DNA from: Promethearchaeota archaeon
GTDB taxonomy: Archaea; Asgardarchaeota; Heimdallarchaeia; Hodarchaeales; Hodarchaeaceae
Direction of reading: 5' to 3'
Length of the DNA: 64,000 nucleotides
Assembly: GCA_048938105.1 (NCBI GenBank)
Contig: JBHLMN010000013.1
Span: forward strand, 1 to 64,000
Below the pieces are notes generated by a model. The model did no database searches. It was not told the origin of the DNA and saw only the letters and a list, made by a program, of their open reading frames with translations. Below, piece by piece: positions 41,257 to 50,896 of the stretch (within the stretch, counting starts at the first letter, position 1; every line of letters begins with the position of its first letter). The position numbers and the translations under genes were made by a program.

Positions 41257-42799
41257 TGTCACCAAACGCCTCCTTTTCAAGATCTTCATGAAACATGGCT
41301 CGACCAGTATCTCCTCGTAATCTACGAACGTCACGCATTCCCATGGCACTTAATATTTCAATCAATTGGTCATGCCATGAAGCAAGTAAGTTTATTAGGC
41401 GTTGAGAACCCCAATTAATCAGGAAGTTTTCCTTTACAATTCCTCCTGTCTCTGATGAAGCACATTCTCCCTTAAATTTGCATTGTAGTGCAACTAATAC
41501 TACAGTGTCAATTGCAATTAAATCTGCACCACAAATAATAGCTTTAGGAACATGTTCTGCTAGAGTGATACCCCCACTTGCAATAATTGTTACTTCATCA
41601 CGCAAACCTGTTTCTATTAGTGTTGTGTGGACCACTCGAATCAGTTCCTTTATAAACCTTGGTTTATTTTCTTCCAACTCTTCTCCGTGATAATTTGCAT
41701 GTAAATGAAGAACATCCACCCCTTGTTGAACCAGTTCTACTGCAATCTCTTCAATTCCCTTTTTGAAAGGTAGTCTAACTATCAATGATGCGTGGGGATT
41801 AAGCGACCTAATATCCTTATAAAAATTTGAATTAAAATTCATTAGCTCTAATACTCTAGCTTTTGAAACAGAAACAGATAAATTATTATAATTTAAAGGT
41901 GAAATTAATGGAATCATGAAAGGATCGATTGAGTTCTTAGGAAATTCTGATCCATCATTAATGTATAATGTACCTACCTTTCGTGCTGCAGTTCTAATAC
42001 TACCCCGTACGCTTTCGTTACTCATGGATGGGGGTAAATAATCGAAAATTATAGGGATAGGTATCTCCATCGTTTTCGATTTTGTTGTCAGTTGTGAACC
42101 AACAAATTTCAAATATTTAGGTTTTTTGCCAATATTTGTTATCGTAGAAATATATTCTCTTCCATGAACTCCATCTCTTGTAGGTCTGACAATTTCAGAC
42201 ATGTCAGTCCACATACTATCCCAACCAAGCTCAACAAATGCCCCTTTATATCCCATTCCTTTGATAGGGATTTTTCCAGTCTCAGCTTCATAACTAACGG
42301 TAGCCACGGGGCTATATGATAATTTTGTAGGATCTTTTCCTTTCCAGTAGGAATCCCCAGAAGAAGTATAGTCTGGATTTCTCTCAATATTACAAAAATT
42401 GGGGTATTCTAACACACATCGCATACAACCAGTGCAAAGCTCTCTTATTGGGTAAAATCCACCAACGGGTCTACTGAAAACACCATAAATACAAGGACGA
42501 CTTAAAAGAGCTTTCCTATACTCTTTTCTTAATAATTTGATGTTGTTTTTAAGAAGTTCTCGTATCAACATTAGAGCTAGACGGGGTTTACTTACTCTAG
42601 GAATGAAAGGGTGTGGAAGTTTGATTCTCGGAGGCGTATAAGAAGTCTGGATTGAAAAACGGTTGTATGTATGTAAAATGCTAGACACATCTGTTTTTTC
42701 TTTAAATCCTACCAATTGCTCGTATACTTGCTCTGTCATGGGATTGATCACCGAGTCTCTGTTGTTTCTATCGTTTACTTTCTGATGATTTACAGACAA
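41240..42799 (-). CDS. Second, divergent glutamate-synthase FMN-domain protein with an N-terminal ferredoxin-like segment
   Basis: CIYGV...CTGCMRC, DSMWTDMSEIVRPTRDG, RDEVTIIASGGI, KAIICGAD; lacks the GAKPG and TGEGG motifs. Confidence 0.8.
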   Translation of the reverse strand: MSVNHQKVNDRNNRDSVINPMTEQVYEQLVGFKEKTDVSSILHTYNRFSIQTSYTPPRIKLPHPFIPRVSKPRLALMLIRELLKNNIKLLRKEYRKALLSRPCIYGVFSRPVGGFYPIRELCTGCMRCVLEYPNFCNIERNPDYTSSGDSYWKGKDPTKLSYSPVATVSYEAETGKIPIKGMGYKGAFVELGWDSMWTDMSEIVRPTRDGVHGREYISTITNIGKKPKYLKFVGSQLTTKSKTMEIPIPIIFDYLPPSMSNESVRGSIRTAARKVGTLYINDGSEFPKNSIDPFMIPLISPLNYNNLSVSVSKARVLELMNFNSNFYKDIRSLNPHASLIVRLPFKKGIEEIAVELVQQGVDVLHLHANYHGEELEENKPRFIKELIRVVHTTLIETGLRDEVTIIASGGITLAEHVPKAIICGADLIAIDTVVLVALQCKFKGECASSETGGIVKENFLINWGSQRLINLLASWHDQLIEILSAMGMRDVRRLRGDTGRAMFHEDLEKEAFGDIVKCS

Positions 42800-43123
42800 A
42801 ATATATTAAGAATAAAGGAAGAATGGGTTGAATTATTGTATTTGACTCCCGAATCCAGCTTTTAATTTTTGAAATCTCATCAATAAAGGCGATAAATCAT
42901 ACTGTTCAACTGTATTTGTGTAAATACATTCCTTATAGCTCTCTAGAGAGTTATTTGGATTTCTCACGGAAGGTCACTATACAAAGCTCAAGATAAACGT
43001 TTGAACAGAAACAAGAAGTAAGACTTTATAAATGTATTAAAATTACATATATATCAATCATATGTACGGTGATATAAACAATATTTAATCAATTGTGCAA
43101 AATACAAGTGCAAGTTGTAATAA

Positions 43124-43135
43124 ATTTGTACAAAT
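43124..43135. promoter_or_regulatory. 12-bp perfect palindrome ATTTGTACAAAT, candidate Lrp operator
   Basis: Lies in the divergent region between the glt cluster and the Lrp gene. Confidence 0.35.
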
Positions 43136-43167
43136 GTAAAGAAAATGTTTTAGGAGAGAAAAACCAA

Positions 43168-43653
43168 ATGATTGACAATGTGGATAAAAATATCCTCAAC
43201 TCATTAAAAAAAGATTGTAGAAAATCCTATCGTAATCTTGGAGTGGAATTAGGCTTAGCACCAAGTACAATTAGTGCAAGAGTAAATAAAATGATAGAAA
43301 GAGGCGTTATCAAGGGATTCTCTGTAATTACTAATCATGAGAAGGTAGGTTATGATCTTACTGCAATTGTTGAAGTTGTGGTTTCTCAAGGAAAATTAAT
43401 TGAAATTGAACATGAGATTGCAAAATTTCCCCAAGTGTGTGCAGTATATGATGTAACTGGTACAACAGATATTATTGCTGTTGTGAAGGTTAAGAACCGT
43501 TCTGAACTCAGTTATCTAATAAAAACTCTGTTAGCAATGAAGTATGTCGAACGTACAAACACTCGAGTTGTTCTTACAACGGTCAAAGAAGATTTTATCA
43601 AAAATCCTTCGAATCTAACTGAAAAACCAGAACAGATTGCCCAACAGGGATAA
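43168..43653 (+). CDS. Lrp/AsnC-family transcriptional regulator
   Basis: IDNVDKNIL...DCRKSY...LGLAPSTI..RV..MIERGVI HTH and VYDVTGTTD RAM domain; SD GGAG before ATG 43168. Confidence 0.93.
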   Translation: MIDNVDKNILNSLKKDCRKSYRNLGVELGLAPSTISARVNKMIERGVIKGFSVITNHEKVGYDLTAIVEVVVSQGKLIEIEHEIAKFPQVCAVYDVTGTTDIIAVVKVKNRSELSYLIKTLLAMKYVERTNTRVVLTTVKEDFIKNPSNLTEKPEQIAQQG

Positions 43654-43762
43654 TATCCACATTTAAACCTTGAATATGTCCTTGGGCCTTCATGATAAAA
43701 GTGAATACCTTTTTTTTTCCTATAATTTCATGAAGTTCGAACCTGGTGATAAAACAGATGAA

Positions 43763-45535
43763 TTATTCAACTGTCGCTCTGATTCGTATCAACCCAACAC
43801 CAATACTTTTTTGCTTTTGGATTTTGAAATGTCCTATTTCCTGTGTATTCGTAACATGAGGTCCAGTACAGATTTCTTTTGAAAAAGATCCAACAGAATA
43901 AACAGAGACGTTCCCTTCATATCGATCTTCAAAGAAACCAAGAGCTCCTTTTTTTCTTGCTTCTTGAGGTGTCATTATCTCTTTTTTAACTGGTAGTGCT
44001 TCTCTGATCTTTTGATTCACAATATCTTCAACTTTCTTGAGTTCTTCAGTTGATAAGCTCTTGGGGTTACTAAAATCGAATCGGGTTCGTTCAGGTGTAA
44101 TATTGCTACCCTTTTGTTCAACATGATCGCCTAATACTTCACGAAGAGCTTGTTGAAGGAGGTGTGTTGCTGTATGCAATCGTGTTGTTCTTTCTGAATG
44201 ATCTGCAAGGCCGCTTTGGAAAGTTCCTGCAGTAGCTTTCCGAGAAAGGTTTCTATGATGTTCAAATTCTTTTCTGAAAATTTCTAAATTTATTGTAATG
44301 CCTTGTTCAGTAGCTAATTCTGTGGTTATTTCAAGAGGAAAACCAAACGATGTGAATAGAAGGAAAGCATCTTCTCCTGTAATTGTCCCTTTTTCTTTTA
44401 AGATTTTATTGAATTTACGGAGCCCTCGTCGCAATGTTTTGGAAAATTTATCTTCTTCTTGAGTGATATTTTCAATGATGAAATCTTTATTACGTTCAAG
44501 CTCTGGGTACGTTTCCTTATAAAAACTGATAACGATAAGGGCTAATTCTGGGAGAAATTGCTGCTGTATCTTTAATAAATTACCCTGTCGGATACTCCGA
44601 CGGATAAGTCGTCTTAGAACATAACCTTGACCTAGATTAGAAGGGGGAAGGTGTTTATCATCAGCGAGGATGAATGTTGCTGCTTTGATGTGATCTACAA
44701 TAATACGAATCGCTTTTTGTTGCTCTAGATTTTCTGGTCTCTTAATTCGTGCGAGCTTCATGACCCTATTAACTAGCGGAATATAGGACTCTATCTCGAA
44801 AACACTTTGCATACCATTTAAAACAGCAACTGTGCGTTCAATCCCCATACCTGTATCGACATTGTGTTGTTTGAGTTTTTCATACGTCCCGTCAGCTTTC
44901 TTATTGTAACTCATGAAGACATCGTTCCAAATTTCGAAGAATTTTCCACAATTACAACCAGGACGACAACTTTCTGAACAGAATTTTTTACCTGTATCAT
45001 AGAACATTTCCGTATCAGGGCCACAAGGACCTGTTTCTCCAGCAGGCCCCCACCAATTCTCTGATCTATCAAGGTAATAAATCCTGTCTTCAGGAATGCC
45101 TACTTTTCTCCAATACTTAGCTGATTCTTCATCACGGGGAACCTCTTCGTCTCCTTCAAATACAGTTACGGAAAGCTTTTCAGGATCAAGTCCTAACCAG
45201 CGTGCATCCGTTAAAAATTCCCAGCTCATGGCAATAGCTTCTTTTTTAAAGTAATCTCTGAGCGACCAATTACCTAGCATCTCAAAAAATGTCAAGTGGG
45301 TATCATCTCCCACATCATCGATATCTCCAGTGCGGAGGCATTTTTGACAATTTGCTAGTCGATTTCCAGCAGGATGGGGTTGCCCCATTAAGTATACTTG
45401 TAATGGATGCATCCCTGCTGTGGTAAAAAGAACCGTGGGGTCATCTTCAGGCATAATTGATGCTGAAGGGATTATTGTGTGATTTTTTTCCTTGAAAAAT
45501 TGAAGATAAAGCCTTCTTAGTTCATTCGAGTCCAC
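43763..45535 (-). CDS. alaS: Alanyl-tRNA synthetase, short form lacking C-Ala
   Basis: LFTTAGM, HLTFFEMLGNWS, GPCGPDTE, EIWNDVF, VDTGMGIER; editing HTATH and CTGPH motifs. Confidence 0.95.
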   Translation of the reverse strand: MDSNELRRLYLQFFKEKNHTIIPSASIMPEDDPTVLFTTAGMHPLQVYLMGQPHPAGNRLANCQKCLRTGDIDDVGDDTHLTFFEMLGNWSLRDYFKKEAIAMSWEFLTDARWLGLDPEKLSVTVFEGDEEVPRDEESAKYWRKVGIPEDRIYYLDRSENWWGPAGETGPCGPDTEMFYDTGKKFCSESCRPGCNCGKFFEIWNDVFMSYNKKADGTYEKLKQHNVDTGMGIERTVAVLNGMQSVFEIESYIPLVNRVMKLARIKRPENLEQQKAIRIIVDHIKAATFILADDKHLPPSNLGQGYVLRRLIRRSIRQGNLLKIQQQFLPELALIVISFYKETYPELERNKDFIIENITQEEDKFSKTLRRGLRKFNKILKEKGTITGEDAFLLFTSFGFPLEITTELATEQGITINLEIFRKEFEHHRNLSRKATAGTFQSGLADHSERTTRLHTATHLLQQALREVLGDHVEQKGSNITPERTRFDFSNPKSLSTEELKKVEDIVNQKIREALPVKKEIMTPQEARKKGALGFFEDRYEGNVSVYSVGSFSKEICTGPHVTNTQEIGHFKIQKQKSIGVGLIRIRATVE

Positions 45536-45803
45536 AGAGGGTTCACATCACAGTTTCACGATCATGAAGACCCGTCGGTCTAGATTTAATAAATTCTCGT
45601 CTCTGAAAGTAGGTGATCTTCGGGAAAATATAGCTAAAGAAATATCATTGAGAAACATCTTCATTAGTGAATTTATGCACCGTAATCCGTGTTATTTTTG
45701 TCATTCTCAAGATTCAATATTGTAAAGACCAATCTTCTGTAAAATATATGCTTAAACACCTTAGGTTCTCATCTGGAGCACTCTAGGAAAATAAAAAAGT
45801 TTA

Positions 45804-45838
45804 ATAATTGTTAATTAAAACTCATAATTGTTAATTAA
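45804..45838 (+). promoter_or_regulatory. Two copies of ATAATTGTTAATTAA at 20-bp period upstream of the tauE-like gene
   Basis: Copies at 45804-45818 and 45824-45838. Confidence 0.5.
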
Positions 45839-45902
45839 CTTAACTTAATTCGAATAAATCCTGTATTTCCAGGCTAATTAGAATAATGAAGGAATTTAAA
45901 TC

Positions 45903-46718
45903 ATGGTTCTCTATGTTGAACTAATCAGTCTTGGGATTTTTTTAGTTCTAATAGCATTATTTTGTGAATACATTGATTCAGCTCTAGGTGGTGGCTATGG
46001 GACTATTCTTGTCCCATTACTCCTCATTTTCGGATTTGAAAATGGAATAATAGTCCCCGCAGTATTATTCACTGAAATCTGGTCAGGTTTTTCTTCTGCA
46101 ATTCTTCATCATTTTGTAGGTAATGCAAATTTTGAAGCAAGAGTAGATTTTAAAAACGGTAATCTTAATGAAATTTTCTTTTTCTCTATTGATACTAAAA
46201 TTTCATTGATTCTAGCTGGATGTGGAGTTATAGGAGGTGCTGTAGCAGCCTTAGTCGCCTTGAATATTTCCAGTTTAATAGTTAAAACATATATTGGGAT
46301 TCTAGTAATTATTATGGGGATACTCGTTCTTTTTAAATTAAGATGGAATTTTTCATGGTATCGAATTTGGGGGATCGGTCTTCTTGCTGCATTTAATAAA
46401 GGTCTGAGTGGTGGGGGGTATGGTCCGTTGGTTTCTTCGGGACAAGTTATTGTGAATCGTAACCCCAAGGAAGCTGTTGCTTCAACATCTCTTTCAGAGG
46501 CCGTTGTTTGCATTTCAGCGCTGATAATCTACTTTCTTGCAGGAGGTTCTATTTTAGATGTCCAGATTACACTGTGCCTTTTAATAGGGGCTTTAGTTTC
46601 AGTTCCATTTGCAGTACTAACAGTGAAACATCTACCTATAGAAAAATTGAGTTCAATTATGGGATTTACTACCATTGGGCTGGGTTTTTTAACCCTGTTA
46701 AAGACTTGGTTTCTCTAG
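45903..46718 (+). CDS. TauE/SafE (TSUP) family transporter
   Basis: DSALGGGYGTILVP and GLSGGGYGP repeats, AVASTSLSE, about 8 TM helices. Confidence 0.88.
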   Translation: MVLYVELISLGIFLVLIALFCEYIDSALGGGYGTILVPLLLIFGFENGIIVPAVLFTEIWSGFSSAILHHFVGNANFEARVDFKNGNLNEIFFFSIDTKISLILAGCGVIGGAVAALVALNISSLIVKTYIGILVIIMGILVLFKLRWNFSWYRIWGIGLLAAFNKGLSGGGYGPLVSSGQVIVNRNPKEAVASTSLSEAVVCISALIIYFLAGGSILDVQITLCLLIGALVSVPFAVLTVKHLPIEKLSSIMGFTTIGLGFLTLLKTWFL

Positions 46719-46924
46719 ATACCTTAGAATCAATTAGGGAACTACTAGTGTTAACCATATACCTAGTTTGAAATCTCTTTGGTGGCTGATAATTTTCCTT
46801 ATTGTTATTGATTGGTAATCCAGAAGGTGTGAACGACACAATATATCTGTATTACGTCTCCATCTCTGATGAGATTTCTTTTAAATTGTCAATAATAGAA
46901 AAAAATAACATTAGAAAAGGGAAA

Positions 46925-47002
46925 ATGATGAATATGATTAAAGGTAAAATCTTTGAAAGAGGATATGAGCTTGGAAAAGCAAATGGAGAAGCTATTAGAT
47001 AA
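46925..47002 (+). pseudogene. Possible remnant of a peptidase C45-like N-terminus
   Basis: MIKGKIFERGYELGKANGEAIR resembles the C45 N-terminal 'G..yErG..hG....I' motif and is followed immediately by stop codons. Confidence 0.3.
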
Positions 47003-47298
47003 TCAACATAAATTAAGGGATTATATCTTTTTAAAAAATCTGAGATTCCGCGCACAAGGATGAGATCAGGTATAAATGTAAAACTAAATATCAATATATC
47101 TTTAAGAAGGTAATCTTTACTATAATGACTTCTAATGAGGTTTAATTCGTGAATCAATCATTAATCACATTCATATTTTTATGTATAATTGAGTTTTTGA
47201 CCCTGATTAAAACTTGGGGTTTGTAAGGGTTCTAAAAAACATGATACTATATCATTCAAGATATTCGACGTTTAGTTAGATGTAGCATTCCTTATAGT

Positions 47299-47454
47299 TT
47301 ATACTGAGTTCTGTACAAGAAGAATTTCAAAGAATACATCATTTAATGCATCCTTGGGGAAACATTCGGAAAAACATGTGCAATATCTGCAATTTGGATA
47401 GAAATCCTTACAAATTCTTTCTTTAATTATTTTAGATTTTGCATATTTTTTCAT
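47299..47454 (-). CDS. Cys-rich microprotein copy A (51 aa), stand-alone C-x6-C-x2-C-x5-C Fe-S-loop motif; not in the ORF track
   Basis: MKKYAKSKIIKERICKDFYPNCRYCTCFSECFPKDALNDVFFEILLVQNSV*; SD GAAGGTG; paralogous to 62867-63079 and 63192-63389. Confidence 0.85.
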   Translation of the reverse strand: MKKYAKSKIIKERICKDFYPNCRYCTCFSECFPKDALNDVFFEILLVQNSV

Positions 47455-47477
47455 TTATTTCACACCTTCTTACTTAT

Positions 47478-47549
47478 TTTTTCTTCTTATTTTACAAATA
47501 CTCTTCATAGAACATCTGACTTGTCTTTTGACCTTATCAGGTCAGGTAA
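47478..47549 (-). ncRNA. Conserved structured 5' leader, copy A (candidate cis-regulatory RNA)
   Basis: 69/72 identical to 62771-62842; hairpins UGACCU-GAUA-AGGUCA and CAGAUGUUCU-AUGA-AGAGUAUUUG. Confidence 0.6.
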
Positions 47550-47584
47550 AAATATAAAAAACAAGTTAATAAAATGTGAGTACA
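47530..47584 (-). promoter_or_regulatory. Shared regulon promoter of microprotein A
   Basis: TGTAC-TCACA-TTTTATTAA-N22-GACC-TGATAA-GGTC. Confidence 0.7.
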
Positions 47585-47783
47585 CAAATGAGATTTTTTT
47601 TTAAGATAATAACAATTTATTGATTCTCATAACATATAATCATAGTTTCATTAGTTATTTTAGGTGTACAATAATATCATACAATTTTTTCCGCTTTAGT
47701 GATATTAATGACACTTCATTATTGTCAAATGTATGAAAATTCGCAATTTCCTTATGCTTCAATGTTTATTATAGAAAATGTTA

Positions 47784-47843
47784 AATAATAATTAATTAAA
47801 AGTAATAATAATTAATTAAAAGTAATAATAGTTAATTAAAGGT
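47784..47843 (+). repeat. Three tandem 20-bp repeats (AATAATAATTAATTAAAAGT), probable operator array
   Basis: 47784-47803 and 47804-47823 are identical; 47824-47843 has 2 mismatches; about 100 nt upstream of 47942. Confidence 0.8.
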
Positions 47844-47941
47844 ATTATATATCCTCAACTAATATGAAAAGTTGTAATTGAATCAAGAGAGCATGTGAAA
47901 ACTAGTAAAAACAAAATCAATAATTAGAATAAGAAATAAAA

Positions 47942-48655
47942 ATGCAAAAAATTAAAGAGATCGATTTAATTGGAAATTCTTTGATCAAAAACCATAGGGA
48001 TATTCATAAACTTAACCATAACAAGCAAAACACAGTTTATAGGGTTTTCCTATATTTTTTTGACGAGATTGCAGGACACATTCCATTATTTAAATATCCA
48101 TCAACACCATTAAATGAGAAAGACAGACAAATACTCTCAATTCATAGTATTTGGTGGCACCAAGATAAATTCTTAACACCCTTCAAATTTAATTCAATCG
48201 ATCTTGAACTGGGAGGGATTACATATACCGCCACACTATTTCTTTGTCACACCCATAGAACAAGAAGACGATCTGGAATGGATTCAACTAAGTGGAAACC
48301 TGAAAGATTCGTTCTAATCGTAAAAATTCCTTCATTAGTCTCTTTTAGTACAAAAGAATTATTATTTAAGCTAAAATCAAGAATCCAAGGTGAAATTGGT
48401 GAAGATTTATGCTTTTTAGTAGAAAATTACATAAAAAAAACAGAGAATTCATATGTTGGTGACTTCATTGAAAAGAAATCTAGAGCTATTCTAAAACAAC
48501 TCACATCCTTATGTAAATCATTCAGTCCCAAAAAAAATAAAGTAAAAATCATAGCTAAACCAGAAAGAAAGACAATACAAGATATTCTTATAAATTCAGA
48601 TTCGAGAGAGATTAACGAATTACGATTTTCAATTCCTAAGCATAAGAATAATTAG
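47942..48655 (+). CDS. uDENN/longin-like domain protein
   Basis: VFLYFFDEIAGHIPLFKYP resembles the uDENN F-D-x3-G-P-x5/6-P start; later strands YTATLF and RFVLIV. Confidence 0.55.
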   Translation: MQKIKEIDLIGNSLIKNHRDIHKLNHNKQNTVYRVFLYFFDEIAGHIPLFKYPSTPLNEKDRQILSIHSIWWHQDKFLTPFKFNSIDLELGGITYTATLFLCHTHRTRRRSGMDSTKWKPERFVLIVKIPSLVSFSTKELLFKLKSRIQGEIGEDLCFLVENYIKKTENSYVGDFIEKKSRAILKQLTSLCKSFSPKKNKVKIIAKPERKTIQDILINSDSREINELRFSIPKHKNN

Positions 48656-48671
48656 GAGACTTGGAAACTTA

Positions 48672-49709
48672 ATGACCAAATTACTGAAAGATCCACTTAA
48701 TCTGAAATTGTTGTTACTCCTTTGTGCTGGAGAAGGAGTAAGTATAAATGTCAGTGCTCTCTCTCAACAATTAAATAAACATAGAAATACAGTTAATGAG
48801 AGAATAAAACAGCTTTTGAAATATAGAATTATTGAAAGACCTCTGTATCCTTTAATATGGTTGTTTAAAGAATATCCTCTATTGGTTGTCTCAAAAGATA
48901 AATTTTATCGGGATGAAGCAACCAAAAATTCTATTGAAAGCGACCCACATATCTTCGCTGCATTTTTCTTTCAAGAAGAGGTCTATAATACATTAACAAT
49001 TCAATTCCATGAAGACCTTTTTTCTTATGAAACTTGGTGTGATAAGATTTTACAGGAGGAAAAAATCATCAAAGAAGAGGATCGTCATCCTCCTGATGCA
49101 TTACTTTTCAGTACAAAACGTATTTTAAAGTATGACCCTTCAGCACCTTTTAGAATTATTAATCTAGGTTTTAAAAAAGGAAATATTAAGAAGATTGGTG
49201 ATCTTGAGCTAGATTCCTTATCTTTAAGAATCTTAAGAATGGCTTTAAATGGAAAAGCAATAAGAACAAATGAGAATTTTTTAGCACGAGCCCTAAATGT
49301 TAATAGAAATACTATTATTAGGAGGATTCAAACCTTACTAAAAGAAAATATAATCGGAAATCCTATTTCAAGATTCCCAAGAGTTATAGTCCCTCCCGAT
49401 TTCATGCTTATATTCTCTTTATTTGAAATTAGGAAAAATTGTGCAATTGTTGAGAGATTCATTAGAAACGATCCTCATGTTCCCCTCCTGATTAAAGCTA
49501 ATGTTGGAAGATACAACTATTTTGTCGCAAATACTTTTAGAACCATCGAGGATCACTTAGAATGGCAAGAGAATTATAATCAAAGGTTCCAAAACTGTAT
49601 AGATGGAATCAAGAACACTTACCTTTCTCCTGCAATGACCTTTGCTATTGGGCAAAATTTTGTCTCACTTGAACTCATTAGAAAGAAATTACAATTATTA
49701 CAGGGATAA
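48672..49709 (+). CDS. Tandem (double) Lrp/AsnC-like wHTH regulator
   Basis: Two HTHs (NVSALSQQLNKHRNTVNERIKQLLK; NENFLARALNVNRNTIIRRIQTLLK), each followed by a DPH-containing RAM-like domain. Confidence 0.8.
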   Translation: MTKLLKDPLNLKLLLLLCAGEGVSINVSALSQQLNKHRNTVNERIKQLLKYRIIERPLYPLIWLFKEYPLLVVSKDKFYRDEATKNSIESDPHIFAAFFFQEEVYNTLTIQFHEDLFSYETWCDKILQEEKIIKEEDRHPPDALLFSTKRILKYDPSAPFRIINLGFKKGNIKKIGDLELDSLSLRILRMALNGKAIRTNENFLARALNVNRNTIIRRIQTLLKENIIGNPISRFPRVIVPPDFMLIFSLFEIRKNCAIVERFIRNDPHVPLLIKANVGRYNYFVANTFRTIEDHLEWQENYNQRFQNCIDGIKNTYLSPAMTFAIGQNFVSLELIRKKLQLLQG

Positions 49710-49811
49710 AAATTTTTTATTTTTAATTTGGTTCGGATCTTCCATCTTAAATTAATTCAGCCTTCTTCTAATTCCTTTCTTATAGCTCCTATGCAGATAT
49801 CAGTTTATATA

Positions 49812-50387
49812 TTAGTTTTCCTTTAATAATTTTGCGTTTTGCTCTCCTAATAGTGAAACTAAGAAGTCTATGATTTTATCTATCGCATTCAATACTTCGA
49901 ATGATATTTCAGAGCCAAAGTCAAGGTTTTTTGGTTTGATCCCTAATATTCGTATTAATACTCCTGATTGATTTTTCATGTAATCTACCAAGACTTTCAT
50001 CGGGATGAGATGAGTACTTAACGTTGCCTGTTTGTTTTCGAGATCTGATGGTTTAAAAAAGCCAATAGTACCAGCTGGGATCTCATTATTTCCAAATTGA
50101 ACAGCATCAATTATTAAACAATGAGTAACATTTTCTTTTAAAAGAACAGAAAGAAAATTTTCCAAAGATCCTCCTACATTGTATATTAGAAATTTATTAT
50201 TACGTTCCATTCGTAACTTATGATAAATCATTGGACCTAAACCATCATCTCCTCTCAAATCATTCCCAACACAAAAGATACTTAATTTGCCTTTTTTCGC
50301 AGCCTTGAGAAATGAAAAGAATTCCAGCATATCAAACACATTATCTAAAATAACAATGATATTAAAAGACTTATTTTTCAGTGTCAA
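49812..50387 (-). CDS. hycI: Hydrogenase maturation protease (HycI family)
   Basis: CVGNDLRGDDGLG, IIDA, STH and LGIKP..LDFG motifs; alternative start ATG 50330. Confidence 0.9.
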   Translation of the reverse strand: MTLKNKSFNIIVILDNVFDMLEFFSFLKAAKKGKLSIFCVGNDLRGDDGLGPMIYHKLRMERNNKFLIYNVGGSLENFLSVLLKENVTHCLIIDAVQFGNNEIPAGTIGFFKPSDLENKQATLSTHLIPMKVLVDYMKNQSGVLIRILGIKPKNLDFGSEISFEVLNAIDKIIDFLVSLLGEQNAKLLKEN

Positions 50388-50813
50388 TTGTAATCAATAC
50401 TATTGCTAAGAGTATTTTGCCCACTATAATGTGATTGACTAATTTCTTTAATCTAAGATTTAATATCAAGTTATTTTGCATACCATTAGCTATTGGAGTA
50501 TTTATTATGGAATAACTATCAGCTCTTAAGTAATTACTTATAAAGGGCAATATCTAAGAAAATAATATTACTTATAAGCTCATTAAAGATATACACTTAA
50601 TTTGTATGAATAATAAGATAAAAATAATGATTTAAGGTATTATCACAGAAATGTGTCAAAATTGTATATTTTAAGTCTATAAAAACTACAAAAACACCAT
50701 AATTATTTTTGAAACTGTTCAATATTTTTGTATAATTTATTCCAATTTCAATCGCGTAATATATGTTTTTTATATTTATTTTTGTTATTTTTTGACATAA
50801 ATTCCTTAATTTT

Positions 50814-50868
50814 TGTACACATGATTTATTATTTGCTTTTTCTTATAATTACTCGACCATTATTGGAA
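50814..50868 (+). promoter_or_regulatory. Shared regulon promoter of the malic enzyme/hydrogenase operon
   Basis: TGTAC-ACATG-ATTTATTAT-N22-GACC-ATTATT-GGAA, with the same spacing as three other promoters. Confidence 0.6.
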
Positions 50869-50896
50869 GTACTTCATAAATAAGAAGGAATAATTA

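Noticed and set aside
47784-47843. CRISPR array
   Set aside because: Head-to-tail 20-bp repeats with no spacers and no cas genes
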